Positions 1-9,246 of a stretch of DNA of 47,604 nucleotides are shown piece after piece. Made by a program: the position numbers and the translations under genes. Source of the stretch: Tepidisphaeraceae bacterium (GTDB lineage: Bacteria; Planctomycetota; Phycisphaerae; Tepidisphaerales; Tepidisphaeraceae). The notes below the pieces were generated by a model. That model searched no databases. It was given only the letters and a program-made list of their open reading frames with translations, and was not told the origin of the DNA. Position 1 is the first letter of the stretch. Each line of letters starts with the position of its first letter. The stretch lies in contig JBEKIV010000046.1 of NCBI GenBank assembly GCA_050011595.1, positions 1 through 47,604 on the forward strand, given 5' to 3'.

Positions 1-1121
1 ATCGCATCGGGGTCCAGCCCCTGTTCGTGGCACCAGCGCTGGTATTCGAACGGAGAGATTTCGCTGGGCTTGATTTCGCTTCGGCCGCCCCAAAAGACGT
101 TGGTGTAGGAAACCGGGATGCCCTCGGCGGCGAGGTGTTCATCGATGGCACGTTTGTGGGCCAGGAGCAAATCCTTGTCCGAGCCATGGGCGACGCCCAT
201 GACGTTGACGTGATTGAATTCCGGTCCGCCTTCGCGCCAATAGGCATGGGTCATGACGTGGAACCGTCCGACCTGTCGGCCGGCGTCGATCTCGCGGCCG
301 GCCGGGACGGCCCAATGGAAGAGGGCGTTGAACCGGGTGACGCGCTGGCCGTCCGACAGCGGCTTGACGTGCTCGAGGAAGGTGGAGAACCGGCCGATGA
401 CCCCGCGGCGATTCAAATCCTCGGCAACCCGGCAAAACTCCTCGAGCGGCACACCGGCCTGGCGGGCGCGGCCGGCCCAGATGTCCCGGGAGATTTCCTC
501 GGGGGTGAACTCGCGCTTGAGGGGAATCAGGACGCGCCAATCGAGATCGCTCAATTCGACGATGCCGGTGTCGAGGACGTCGGCGGGCTGCTCGGCCTTG
601 CTGCCCGGTTCCAGCCCGCGGCGGCGGACGTGGCCCACGCCCAGCACGAACAGCCGCTTGGCGGGCATGAGCTTGAAATGCTCGGCGCCGGTGCGCCAGC
701 AGAGATGCCGGCAATGCTTCTCCATCGAGAAACCCTGCGGGATTTTCAGAGTGGTCCACAACCGGTACTTGCTTCCGGCGACGGCGGAATCGGTGCTGCG
801 AATCACCACGTGGCCGGAAAATGGATCGTTCTGGAACATCCAATCAAAAGCGGAGTTGAGCTGCTCCGGCCCAACCACCCATGCGACCAGCGAGCCTTGG
901 GCGAGATTGGTTGCCAGGAGGGTCTGGCGCACCCGGCGAATGACGCCGGCTCGGAGCATGGCGGCGATGCGTTCGATGACCAGGGCCGGCTCAAGGCCCG
1001 ATTGCTTGGCGATCTGCCCGATGGGATCGCGGCAAAACCCGGAGATTTGGTCCTCGGATACGGCCAGGATTCGGGCGTTGATCGGATCGTTGAGGGAGGT
1101 GGGGAGAGTTGCGGTGCTCAT
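1..1121 (-). CDS. Partial CDS whose C-terminus runs off the left edge. AsnC/Lrp-fold protein, tentatively siroheme decarboxylase family (AhbA/AhbB, NirD/L/G/H-like)
   Basis: Absent from the ORF track because it has no stop codon in the window. Hand translation of the minus strand from the ATG at 1121-1119 stays open to position 1: MSTATLPTSLNDPINARILAVSEDQISGFCRDPIGQIAKQSGLEPALVIERIAAMLRAGVIRRVRQTLLATNLAQGSLVAWVVGPEQLNSAFDWMFQNDPFSGHVVIRST... A second similar half follows (LDWRVLIPLKREF...GVPLEEFCRVAEDLNRRGVIGRFSTFL). The family call is from memory of NirD/AhbA-like sequences. Confidence 0.45.
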   Translation of the reverse strand, partial: MSTATLPTSLNDPINARILAVSEDQISGFCRDPIGQIAKQSGLEPALVIERIAAMLRAGVIRRVRQTLLATNLAQGSLVAWVVGPEQLNSAFDWMFQNDPFSGHVVIRSTDSAVAGSKYRLWTTLKIPQGFSMEKHCRHLCWRTGAEHFKLMPAKRLFVLGVGHVRRRGLEPGSKAEQPADVLDTGIVELSDLDWRVLIPLKREFTPEEISRDIWAGRARQAGVPLEEFCRVAEDLNRRGVIGRFSTFLEHVKPLSDGQRVTRFNALFHWAVPAGREIDAGRQVGRFHVMTHAYWREGGPEFNHVNVMGVAHGSDKDLLLAHKRAIDEHLAAEGIPVSYTNVFWGGRSEIKPSEISPFEYQRWCHEQGLDPDA

Positions 1122-1261
1122 GGGCGTGGTTGATCTCCGTTGGGTCGGCATACTATACCGCCGATGGCCCTCGCCTGGCACAGCCCGGCCGCGCATCGCG
1201 GCACAATTCACCTCAATCTTGCCGCGATCGGCGTTGAAGCATACGATGAACCCACCTCTTC

Positions 1262-1930
1262 ATGCTTCAATCCAATGATCCCGGGCTCGAATTCGTCAAT
1301 TACTATGGCAACACGTCGAATTTTGCGCTGCGAATCCTCCGGACGCATGGGGAATTGAAGACGATGAATCTGTTGAGCCTGGGTTGCCTGATGCCGCACT
1401 TGGCGGATTATCTGGCGATTTTCCGGTCGGTCTACCACGTTACCATGGCAACCACCCGGCTTCCTTTCGCGGTGGAACAATCCCCGGCAAAACTCGTGCT
1501 GCTCCAGCAGGATTTCTTCACGCTGCAATCGCTTCAGGTGGATTGCGTCATCTCGCACGCGGCGATCCACTGTTTCAACGACTCGCGATACGGCAACGTT
1601 CATTCCCCGCCAGGTTTTCAAAAGCCCTACCAAGCGCCGGCCAAACTGCGCGAGGTGGTCGGCGACCGGCCTATGCCGACGATTGTCAGCATCGCCGTGA
1701 ACCGCCAGGAGGGCTTTTTCGACAACAACGCGCATTTGTCGCACGATAAATTCGTTGCCGCATTTGCACACGCTGGATTCGAGTTGAAGGATTACTTCTT
1801 TGATTATGTCTGTGGCGGAATTCCCCAGAAGCCGGAATATCTCAACGCGGAATATCGCAGGTCAAGGAAGTTGCCCCAAGTCTGCCAGTCGCCGAAGCAG
1901 TGGGTGGTGGGGAATTACTATTTTCTTTGA
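1262..1930 (+). CDS. Hypothetical protein, possibly a Rossmann-type methyltransferase fold
   Basis: 222-aa ORF with ordinary amino-acid composition, unlike the overlapping ORFs. The segment VDCVISHAAIHCFND resembles the post-motif-II region of class I SAM methyltransferases. The start is uncertain; an alternative is Met35 at 1364. Confidence 0.45.
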   Translation: MLQSNDPGLEFVNYYGNTSNFALRILRTHGELKTMNLLSLGCLMPHLADYLAIFRSVYHVTMATTRLPFAVEQSPAKLVLLQQDFFTLQSLQVDCVISHAAIHCFNDSRYGNVHSPPGFQKPYQAPAKLREVVGDRPMPTIVSIAVNRQEGFFDNNAHLSHDKFVAAFAHAGFELKDYFFDYVCGGIPQKPEYLNAEYRRSRKLPQVCQSPKQWVVGNYYFL

Positions 1931-2026
1931 GGAGCCGGCCAAGAATGCCGGATTGAGAGCGACTGTAGTTGCCTGGCGGCGGGCGTTATGTAATTATAAT
2001 CGTTCGCCAATGTCACGCCGCCGAGA

Positions 2027-4477
2027 GTGACCCGGACAACGAGGAACCCGATGAGCCAACCGACGCAACCGACCGATCCGTCCCCCGAAACCACCGGGGG
2101 CGAAGAAATGCAGCCGTTCGTGATTACCCTGCCGGACGATCCGGCTTCGGGGAAGGACTGGTATCTGTGGGCGGCGGTGCTGGGTTTGATTGCGCTGGTG
2201 GCGTTCTGGCCGGCGATCAACGGGACGTTTTTATGGGATGACGACCAATACGTCACGCAGAACAAGGCGTTGCAGGACGTGTCGGGTCTGAAACAGATTT
2301 GGAAAATTCCACCGGGGACGATCCAGTATTATCCGCTGACGTTCACGCTGTTGTGGGTGGAGCATCAAATCTGGGGCAACAACTCGCTGGGATATCGGGT
2401 GGTGAACCTGCTGATGCACGCGGGGGCGGCGGTGGTGCTGTGGCGGCTGCTGCGGCGGCTGTCGATCCCGGGCGCCTGGGCGGCGGCGGCGATCTGGGCC
2501 GTGCATCCGCTCCAGGCGGAATCCGTCTGCTGGATCAGCGAGTGCAAGAACGTCCTGAGTGGACTGCTGGCGATCGGATCGGCGCTGTTTTTTCTTGAAT
2601 TCGCCGGCCTGCGCGATCCCGATTCCAAACACCGGGTATGGAACCTGCGCGAGGATTGGCAGGCATATTTGATCAGCGTGGGGCTGTTCCTGCTGGCGAT
2701 GCTGGCCAAGACCGTGGTGGTTTTTCTGCCGGTCGCGGTGCTGGCGGTGCTGTGGTGCAAACGGCGGCTTTCGATTGGGCGGATTGTGGCGGCGGCGCCG
2801 ATGCTCATCATCGGGGCGGCGCTGGCGATGGAAACCTCCCGGCTGGAGACCGATCCCAACGGGCCGGTCGGGGCGTCCGGGCCGGACTGGCAACTGAGCT
2901 TCCTCCAGCGGCTTTTGATCTCCGGAAGGGACGTGTGGTTCTACGTCGCCAAGCTGGCGTTGCCGATCCATCAATCGTTCGTGTATCGGCGGTTTGTTCC
3001 CGACTCGGGGGATGCGCGGCAATGGGCGTATCTGATCGCGGCGGGGATCGTGCTGCTCGTGCTGGCGGCGGGCGGCGGCAAGCTGGGCCGCGGGCCGCTG
3101 GCGGCGGCGATTTGCTATCTCGCCCTGCTCTTCCCGGCGCTTGGCTTCTTTGACGTTTATCCCTTCCGGTTCTCGTTCGTGGCGGATCATTTTCAATATC
3201 TCGCCGGGATTCCGCTGATCGTTTTAGCCGTTGCCGTTGCGGCGCGGATTCTTGGCCCGCTTTGGAAACGACAAGCGGCGCCGGCGGACGAGGCGGCGAC
3301 GGGGAACTCGGCGGCGATCGCGACGCTGGTTTCGATCTTGCTCGTGGTGCTTGGGACCGCCGCCTGGCTCCGCGCCGACGTTTTCACAACGTCGTCACTG
3401 CTGTGGCAGGACGTGCTGCGCGATGACAAGAACCCCCAGAGCTGGCTGGCTGCGTACAACCTGGCGCGGATCAGGCAGACCGAGGCGGGTGCGGCATTCG
3501 ACGATGCGGACCGCTTGTATACCGGCGGAGACCCCGATTCGTCCAAGTCCTCGGCGGAACAAGCGCTCGGACTGCTGGACGATTCGGATCGGCTGCTGAA
3601 GGTGGTCTTGCAGAATCCCGCGACGCCGGACGACGTGCGGTACAAGGCGCACGATCAATGGGCCGAAAACGACATCACCCGGATGCGTTCGCCGGATTCG
3701 GATTCCAGGGCTCTTCTGGAGCATGCGGCGCAGGAATTGAAGATCGCGCTGGCGTTCAGTGCCGCCGGTCAAGATCCGCTGCCGTATTACACGCTGGGAA
3801 TCGTGGATTTGAATCGGGGGCAACAGATTCACAAGCAATTCGCGCCTGCGCCGCGGACGGGCCAGGCCTCGGCGACCACGCGGCCGAACACGCCCGACGA
3901 ACAGCGGTTTGTGGATGTATGCCTGGAGGCGCGGCAGGAGTTTGAGAAATCCGGCCAGCTTGCCGAGGCCGGGCTGAAATCGCCCACGGTGGGTCCGGAG
4001 GCGGCGCGGGTGTTGCCGCTGGCGATTTTTCAGTGCGGGAACATCGACTGGACCTTGGCCGAGTTTTCGCGCCAGCACGCCGACGTGAATTCGGAGAATC
4101 AATATAGCCGGGATGCGGCGACGGATTACGCTCGCGCGGTGGATCTGAATCCGCGGAACAAGGACGCCCGATTCCGGCTGGCATTGTTGATGGAAAGCCA
4201 GGGCAATCTGGCCGGCGCCAGGCAACAGTTGATGTATATCCTGACCGAACTGGACCAACGTGATGCCCTGGCATACAACGAAATCGGACGGGTGATCCTG
4301 GCATCCAAGCCGACGAACATGGACGACTTCGATGCGGCGGTCCAGTCGTTCAAGGATGCCTTCACGATCGATCCAACCCTGACCAGCGCACGGGAGAATC
4401 TGGAGTTGGCGTTGCAGATGAAGGCGAGCATGAAGCCAACGACGCGAAACGCCACGCAGCCGGCAACGATGCCTTGA
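2027..4477 (+). CDS. Polytopic GT-C-type membrane glycosyltransferase with a C-terminal TPR domain (TMTC / PMT_2-like)
   Basis: 816-aa ORF. The N-terminal half has many hydrophobic helices and the motif FLWDDDQYVTQN right after TM1. The C-terminal roughly 350 aa is soluble and has TPR-like repeats (AVDLNPRNKDARFRLALLMESQGNLAGA...). Confidence 0.75.
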   Translation: MTRTTRNPMSQPTQPTDPSPETTGGEEMQPFVITLPDDPASGKDWYLWAAVLGLIALVAFWPAINGTFLWDDDQYVTQNKALQDVSGLKQIWKIPPGTIQYYPLTFTLLWVEHQIWGNNSLGYRVVNLLMHAGAAVVLWRLLRRLSIPGAWAAAAIWAVHPLQAESVCWISECKNVLSGLLAIGSALFFLEFAGLRDPDSKHRVWNLREDWQAYLISVGLFLLAMLAKTVVVFLPVAVLAVLWCKRRLSIGRIVAAAPMLIIGAALAMETSRLETDPNGPVGASGPDWQLSFLQRLLISGRDVWFYVAKLALPIHQSFVYRRFVPDSGDARQWAYLIAAGIVLLVLAAGGGKLGRGPLAAAICYLALLFPALGFFDVYPFRFSFVADHFQYLAGIPLIVLAVAVAARILGPLWKRQAAPADEAATGNSAAIATLVSILLVVLGTAAWLRADVFTTSSLLWQDVLRDDKNPQSWLAAYNLARIRQTEAGAAFDDADRLYTGGDPDSSKSSAEQALGLLDDSDRLLKVVLQNPATPDDVRYKAHDQWAENDITRMRSPDSDSRALLEHAAQELKIALAFSAAGQDPLPYYTLGIVDLNRGQQIHKQFAPAPRTGQASATTRPNTPDEQRFVDVCLEARQEFEKSGQLAEAGLKSPTVGPEAARVLPLAIFQCGNIDWTLAEFSRQHADVNSENQYSRDAATDYARAVDLNPRNKDARFRLALLMESQGNLAGARQQLMYILTELDQRDALAYNEIGRVILASKPTNMDDFDAAVQSFKDAFTIDPTLTSARENLELALQMKASMKPTTRNATQPATMP

Positions 4478-4510
4478 TTTCTTCTTATTTGGGCATTTTC
4501 GTAAGGATTC

Positions 4511-4595
4511 ACCGCCAAGACGCGAAGAGCGCGAAGTGACGCGAAGAAATATCAATCTGACTTCGCGCAACTTCGCTTCTTCGCGCCTTCGCGGT
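4511..4595. repeat. Imperfect long palindrome built from GCGAAG / CTTCGC units (family copy A)
   Basis: The left arm accgccaagacgcgaagagcgcgaagtgacgcgaag and right arm cttcgcgcaacttcgcttcttcgcgccttcgcggt are largely reverse-complementary. It is homologous to the element at 34045-34134 and lies between the two GT-C/TPR genes. Confidence 0.8.
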
Positions 4596-4617
4596 AATCT
4601 GCACTTGAGGCTCCCAA

Positions 4618-6609
4618 GTGCAAGAAAAGCTGGATGAAGAGAAGAGCGACGTTTCATTGGCCCGGGCCAAGCGATCGTCCCGGGAGGTCTGGCAACTTGC
4701 TGCGCTGATCTTGGTGACGTTTGCCGCGTATTATCCGACGCTGGGCAATGGATTCGTCTGGGATGATGACCGGTACGTCGAGCAGAATTACCAGCTTCGC
4801 ACGCTGAAGGGGCTGGAGCGAATCTGGCTGGAGCCGTTGAAGGCCGAGCCGCAGTATTATCCGCTGACGCATACGACGCTGTGGGTTGAATATCATTTCT
4901 GGCGCCTGCGCGCGTTCGGATACCACCTGGACAATCTTGCTCTGCACGCGGCGGGAGCGGTGTTGCTGTGGCGAATCCTGCGGCGGCTGAAATTGGGCGG
5001 GGCATGGGCGGCGGCCATTGTTTTCGCGGTCCATCCGCTGCAAGTGGAATCGGTCGCCTGGGTAACGGAGCGGAAAAACGTCCTCAGCGGATTTTTTTAT
5101 TCCCTTTCGCTGTGGGCCTATCTGCAAACGAAATGGGGCCGGCGAATTTGGGATTCGCAAGACAGCGGCCGGATTGGCGCGGGATGGTATTTTCTGAGCC
5201 TGCTGTTGTTCGCGGCGGCGATATTGAGCAAATCGGTCACGGCCACGCTGCCGGCGGCGATTTTGGTATTGTGCTGGTGGAAGCGGGGGAAAATTCGCGC
5301 CGGCGACGTGTGGCCGGTGACGCCGATGCTGGCTGCGGGGGCGGCCATGGGAGGGTTGACGGGATGGATGGAGAAGCACGTGGTCGGCGCGATCGGGCCG
5401 GACTTCGATTTTCTCACTCCGCTGGATCGCCTCTGCATCGCCGGCCGGGCGTTTTGGTTCTATTTGACCAAGCTCGCCTGGCCCGAACACCTCAGCTTCA
5501 TCTATCCGCATTGGCAGGTCGATCCGGCGCAGCGGCCGATTTGGATTCTTTTCCCCCTGACGGCGATGGGATTATTGATCGGATGCTGGCTGCTGCGTCG
5601 CCGGATCGGCCGCGGGCCGGCGGCGGCGATGTTCTTCTTCGCCGGGACGCTTGTCCCGGCGATGGGATTCGTGAACGTGTTTCCGATGCGGTATTCATAC
5701 GTCGCGGATCATTTCCAATATCTCGCGTGCATCGGCCCGATCGCGCTGATCGTTGGAGTTCTAAGCACCGGATGTACATCCGGTGCTGCGCGTGTGTTGG
5801 CGGGTTTGGTCATTGTGACGATATGCGCCGCGAGCAATGTGCGTGCTCGGGTGTTCCTGGATCGCCGAACGCTCTGGACGGACACGCTGGCGAAGAACCC
5901 CGATTCGCGGGTGGTTCGCAATAATTACGCGGCCGCGCTGAGGGATGCCGGAGAATTGGAGGCGGCCAAGTCGCAGTATCGCGCCGCGATGCGGCTCGGG
6001 AACGACGCGGGAGACTGGGTGGGGCTGGGTCAGTGCTTCGCCATGCAGGGCGATTTTTCGACGGCGCGGGATATGTATCTCAAAGCCCTCGCCGCGACGC
6101 CGGTTTCCAGCGAGCCGGTCTTTCAGCGGATGCTCGCCGGACGATACTTTCAGCTTGGGACGGCCTATCAGGGATTGGCCGGTGAATATCTCGCCAAGGC
6201 CGAGGAAAGTTATCGGCGGGCGATCGATCTGTTTCCCGAATACGAGGACGCGAGAAAAAATCTGGCGTTGGTGTTCATCGATCAAAAGCGATATCCGGAA
6301 GCGATCGAGCAGTGCCAGGCCATACTGGACCAGAATCCCGATTCGGTCAGCGCGCATACGAATCTAGGTACGGCATATTACGAGCAAGGCCGGCTCGATC
6401 TGGCTCTGCAAGAATATCAATTCGTGCTGGAATTAGAGCCTGAAAACGTCGGCGCGCTGGCCAGCTCGGGGGCGATCCTGGCCCAGCAGGGCCACGTTGA
6501 TGCGGGGATCGAGATGCTGCAAAAGGCGTTGAAGATCGACCCGAACAACGCGATGGCCCAACAGGATTTGCTGGCGGCGATGAACGCGCGGGCGCGAGCG
6601 CGGCGGTGA
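4618..6609 (+). CDS. Paralogous GT-C membrane glycosyltransferase with C-terminal TPR repeats
   Basis: 663-aa ORF with a GTG start. It has the same hallmark after TM1 (GFVWDDDRYVEQN) and shared blocks with the upstream gene (QYYPLT.T.LWVE, NVLSG, ADHFQYLA). Clear TPRs at the C-terminus (AIDLFPEYEDARKNLALVFIDQKRYPEAIEQCQAILDQNPDS...). Confidence 0.75.
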   Translation: MQEKLDEEKSDVSLARAKRSSREVWQLAALILVTFAAYYPTLGNGFVWDDDRYVEQNYQLRTLKGLERIWLEPLKAEPQYYPLTHTTLWVEYHFWRLRAFGYHLDNLALHAAGAVLLWRILRRLKLGGAWAAAIVFAVHPLQVESVAWVTERKNVLSGFFYSLSLWAYLQTKWGRRIWDSQDSGRIGAGWYFLSLLLFAAAILSKSVTATLPAAILVLCWWKRGKIRAGDVWPVTPMLAAGAAMGGLTGWMEKHVVGAIGPDFDFLTPLDRLCIAGRAFWFYLTKLAWPEHLSFIYPHWQVDPAQRPIWILFPLTAMGLLIGCWLLRRRIGRGPAAAMFFFAGTLVPAMGFVNVFPMRYSYVADHFQYLACIGPIALIVGVLSTGCTSGAARVLAGLVIVTICAASNVRARVFLDRRTLWTDTLAKNPDSRVVRNNYAAALRDAGELEAAKSQYRAAMRLGNDAGDWVGLGQCFAMQGDFSTARDMYLKALAATPVSSEPVFQRMLAGRYFQLGTAYQGLAGEYLAKAEESYRRAIDLFPEYEDARKNLALVFIDQKRYPEAIEQCQAILDQNPDSVSAHTNLGTAYYEQGRLDLALQEYQFVLELEPENVGALASSGAILAQQGHVDAGIEMLQKALKIDPNNAMAQQDLLAAMNARARARR

Positions 6610-6644
6610 CTTAGAAGGTATGCACGCATAACTCCGCATTTCTC

Positions 6645-6670
6645 CCCTCCCCTGGTACTCCGGGGGAGGG
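6645..6670. repeat. C-tract/G-tract hairpin (ccctcccc-N10-ggggaggg) 36 nt after the stop of the upstream gene
   Basis: 8-bp perfect stem read directly from the sequence and followed by caagggtggggg. There is no U-tract, so it is not a classical terminator. It abuts the MITE at 6684. Confidence 0.4.
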
Positions 6671-6683
6671 CAAGGGTGGGGGC

Positions 6684-6808
6684 TAGAGCACGTTGCAAGT
6701 CGGTGTACACCGGTCAAAATCCACCCGCGCGAATTCTGCCCGGAACGCCCACGGCGCTGCCGTGGGTCTTTCTTCGCCAAAGTGTACATCGACCTGTAAC
6801 CCGCTCTA
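6684..6808. mobile_element. 125-bp MITE-like element, copy 1 (uninterrupted)
   Basis: The 27-nt termini tagagcacgttgcaagtcggtgtacac and gtgtacatcgacctgtaacccgctcta are inverted repeats, matching at 22 of 27 positions by hand alignment. There is an internal hairpin cccacgg-cgctg-ccgtggg. A second copy about 95% identical is at 41101-41379. There is no coding capacity. Confidence 0.7.
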
Positions 6809-6902
6809 TTCTGCGAAATTGTTCTTGCACGGCCCCACCCTACGTCGCTGTTTTTGCCGCAAGATTTGGAGCGATACGGCGAGCACACTCCCCCGTCTGA
6901 AA

Positions 6903-9074
6903 TCACGAAACAGGCTGCACGAAATCGAGCAGCAGCGTTTTTCGGCCGGAGATGGGAAAATCAACAATCACGCGACTGTGGGAGAGATCGACGATCCGGC
7001 CGACGCCGAAGGTGGGATGTCTTACGGACTGGCCGACGTGCAGATCGCAGTGCGAGGGGTCGGGGTCGTGAGTCTCGGCGGGCTCGGGGGTGACGATCTT
7101 CAGCATGTCCCTGGGCATCTGGGCGAGGAATTGGCTGGTGGCGGTGGTCGTGGAATGGCCGCGAATCATTCGGCGGGCGGATTTAGAGAAAATCAGGTGC
7201 TGCTGGGCGCGGGTGATGCCGACGAAACAGAGGCGGCGTTCTTCTTCAAGTTGGTCGGCGTCTTCCATGGCGCGGGAATGGGGAAGACAGCCTTCCTCCA
7301 GTCCGATGATGGCGACCACGGGGAATTCCAGGCCCTTGGCGGAGTGGAGGGTCATCAGCGTGACCGCGCCGCCGGAACCTTCCATGTGATCGGCGTCGCT
7401 GACGAGGCTGACCTGGGCAAGATAATCGTCGAGCGATCCCTCGGGATTTTGCTTGTCATATTCGGCGGCGGCGGAGATCAACTCGGCGACGTTGGCCAGT
7501 TGGTCTTCGGCATCGGGGTCCTCCTTGCGGAGCATTCGCTCAATGCCGCTGCGCTGAAGAACCTCCTCCATGAGTGAGCGGAGGTTGCGGGTGACGCCGT
7601 CGCGGGGAGCGCGGAAAGATTCGATGATCGCGACGAATTTGGCCACGGAATTGATCGCGCGGGCGGAGAGGCCGGGGATTTGGCCGGCTTCGTGCATGGT
7701 TTGCCAGAGGGTCTGGCCGGCGCCGACGGCGTGGGCTTGCATGACCTTCACGCTGGCGTCGCCGATGCCGCGGGTGGGGACGTTCACGATGCGCGTGAGG
7801 CTGACCTCGTCGGCGGGGTTGGCGATCAGGCGCAGATAGGCCAGGACGTCTTTGATTTCCCTGCGGTTGTAGAATTCCACGCCGCGGGCGATCTGGTAGG
7901 GAATCCGCTTGCGCCGCAGGGCGTCTTCCATGACGCGCGAGAGAGAATTCATGCGATAAAAGATGGCCATGCGGTTCCAATCGGTCCCCTGGTCGTGGAG
8001 GCGGGCCAGTTCCTCGGCGACGGCCGCGGCCTCGTCGTGTTCGTCGCGGCAGAGCAAAACCAGGGCCTTTTCGCCCGCGTCGTTTTCCGTCCAGAGCCGC
8101 TTGTCCTTGCGCCGATGATTGTGGGCGATCAGGCGTTCGGCGATGGCCAGGATCACCTTGGTCGAGCGGTAATTCTGTTCGAGGCGGATGACGGTGGCGT
8201 CGCGGTAGTCCTTTTCGAAATCGAGAATATTGGCGATGTCGGCGCCGCGCCAGGCGTAAATGGATTGGTCCGGATCGCCGACGACGCAGATGTTGCGATG
8301 CTTCATCGCCAGGGCGTGAACCAGGACGTACTGGGCATGATTGGTATCCTGGTATTCGTCGATGAGGATGTATTTGAAGCGGTCCTGAAGCTCGGCCAGG
8401 ATCGTCGGATGCTGCTGCATGGCCCGGACGGCACACAGGAGCAGGTCGTCGAAATCGAGGGCATTGGCGGCCGAGAGAAGCCGCTGATATTTCCCAAAAA
8501 TCTGGGCAACGAGTTGCGTATAACGGTCGAAAGCGGATTGGGCATATTGATCGGCGTCGATGAGGCGGTTCTTGGCGTTGCTGATCGTTCCGTGGATCAT
8601 CCCCGGCGTGGCGTTGCCCAGGGGAATGTCCAGCGCTTTGATCGCGTCCTTGATGACCTTGGATTGATCCGAGGCATCGTAGACGCTGAAGTTGGGCGAA
8701 AGGCCGATGGTTGGGGCGTAATGCTTGAGAATCCGCAGGCACAGTGAATGGAAGGTGCAGATGATGGGCCAGGGCTGATCGAGCCGGCCCCAATCGCGGA
8801 TGGGCTTGGGGGAGGCGTCGGAAATTCGCTGCTTCATCTCGCCCGCGGCCTTGTTGGTGAAGGTGATGGCGAGGATGGATCGAGGCTCGATGCCCAGGCT
8901 CATGAGATACCCGACGCGGCGAGTGATGACGCGCGTCTTTCCACTGCCGGCGGCGGCCACGATCAGCAACGGGCCGTCGACGTGGGTGACGGCGCGGCGC
9001 TGAGGCTCGGTGAGGCCGTCGAGAAGCGAGTCGGTTGGGGGGCTTGGGGGCACTGAGAAACTATAGCCCGGCAA
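6903..9074 (-). CDS. uvrD: ATP-dependent DNA helicase, UvrD/PcrA/Rep family (SF1A)
   Basis: 723-aa ORF with Walker A AAAGSGKTRV, the motifs FTNKAAGEM, DEYQDTN, VGDPDQSIYAWRGA and QNYRS, and C-terminal TLHSAKGLEF. Confidence 0.9.
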   Translation of the reverse strand: MPGYSFSVPPSPPTDSLLDGLTEPQRRAVTHVDGPLLIVAAAGSGKTRVITRRVGYLMSLGIEPRSILAITFTNKAAGEMKQRISDASPKPIRDWGRLDQPWPIICTFHSLCLRILKHYAPTIGLSPNFSVYDASDQSKVIKDAIKALDIPLGNATPGMIHGTISNAKNRLIDADQYAQSAFDRYTQLVAQIFGKYQRLLSAANALDFDDLLLCAVRAMQQHPTILAELQDRFKYILIDEYQDTNHAQYVLVHALAMKHRNICVVGDPDQSIYAWRGADIANILDFEKDYRDATVIRLEQNYRSTKVILAIAERLIAHNHRRKDKRLWTENDAGEKALVLLCRDEHDEAAAVAEELARLHDQGTDWNRMAIFYRMNSLSRVMEDALRRKRIPYQIARGVEFYNRREIKDVLAYLRLIANPADEVSLTRIVNVPTRGIGDASVKVMQAHAVGAGQTLWQTMHEAGQIPGLSARAINSVAKFVAIIESFRAPRDGVTRNLRSLMEEVLQRSGIERMLRKEDPDAEDQLANVAELISAAAEYDKQNPEGSLDDYLAQVSLVSDADHMEGSGGAVTLMTLHSAKGLEFPVVAIIGLEEGCLPHSRAMEDADQLEEERRLCFVGITRAQQHLIFSKSARRMIRGHSTTTATSQFLAQMPRDMLKIVTPEPAETHDPDPSHCDLHVGQSVRHPTFGVGRIVDLSHSRVIVDFPISGRKTLLLDFVQPVS

Positions 9075-9105
9075 GGGGGGCGAAAAAAGGCGGCGTGGGA
9101 CAAAC

Positions 9106-9218
9106 CCGAAATCCGAAATCCGAATGACGAATCAAATCCGAATGACGAAATCCGAAGCCGTATTCATTTCGTCATTCGGGTTTCGGGCTTGATTCGTCAT
9201 TCGGATTTCGGATTTCGG
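9106..9218. repeat. 113-bp composite palindrome built from CCGAAAT / CCGAATGACGA units
   Basis: The outer arms ccgaaatccgaaatccgaatgacgaatca (9106-9134) and tgattcgtcattcggatttcggatttcgg (9190-9218) are perfect 29-nt reverse complements. The inner arms ccgaatgacgaaat and atttcgtcattcgg are a perfect 14-nt pair. It lies in the divergent uvrD-pabB intergenic region. Confidence 0.85.
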
Positions 9219-9246
9219 ATTTTTCCAATTAGTATTCCCCCTGCCC

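Noticed and set aside
27-1278. Long ORFs 27..1133(+), 139..843(-) and 253..1278(+) at the left edge
   Set aside because: All three are Arg/Gly/Pro/Ala-rich with no recognisable motifs. The unlisted minus-strand frame starting at 1121 gives a sensible AsnC-fold protein, so these are high-GC shadow ORFs.
3395-5005. 536-aa minus-strand ORF spanning the junction of the two GT-C/TPR genes
   Set aside because: It is extremely Arg/Pro-rich, it runs antisense across two well-supported plus-strand genes and through the GCGAAG palindrome, and it shows no domain-like sequence.
6693-7577. ORFs 6693..7577(+) and 41110..41487(+) share the N-terminus MQVGVHRSKSTRANS..., which suggested a repeated protein family
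   Set aside because: The shared part is simply the MITE sequence read in one frame. Downstream, the first ORF is antisense to uvrD and the second runs through the nested insert. Neither is a real protein.
9106-9218. Whether the short tandem units here (and at 4511-4595, 34045-34134 and 13838-13911) represent CRISPR arrays
   Set aside because: The units are 6-11 nt long and directly adjacent, with no unique spacers. They are arranged as inverted arms of a single hairpin, and there are no cas genes in the window. These are palindromic dispersed repeats, not CRISPRs.
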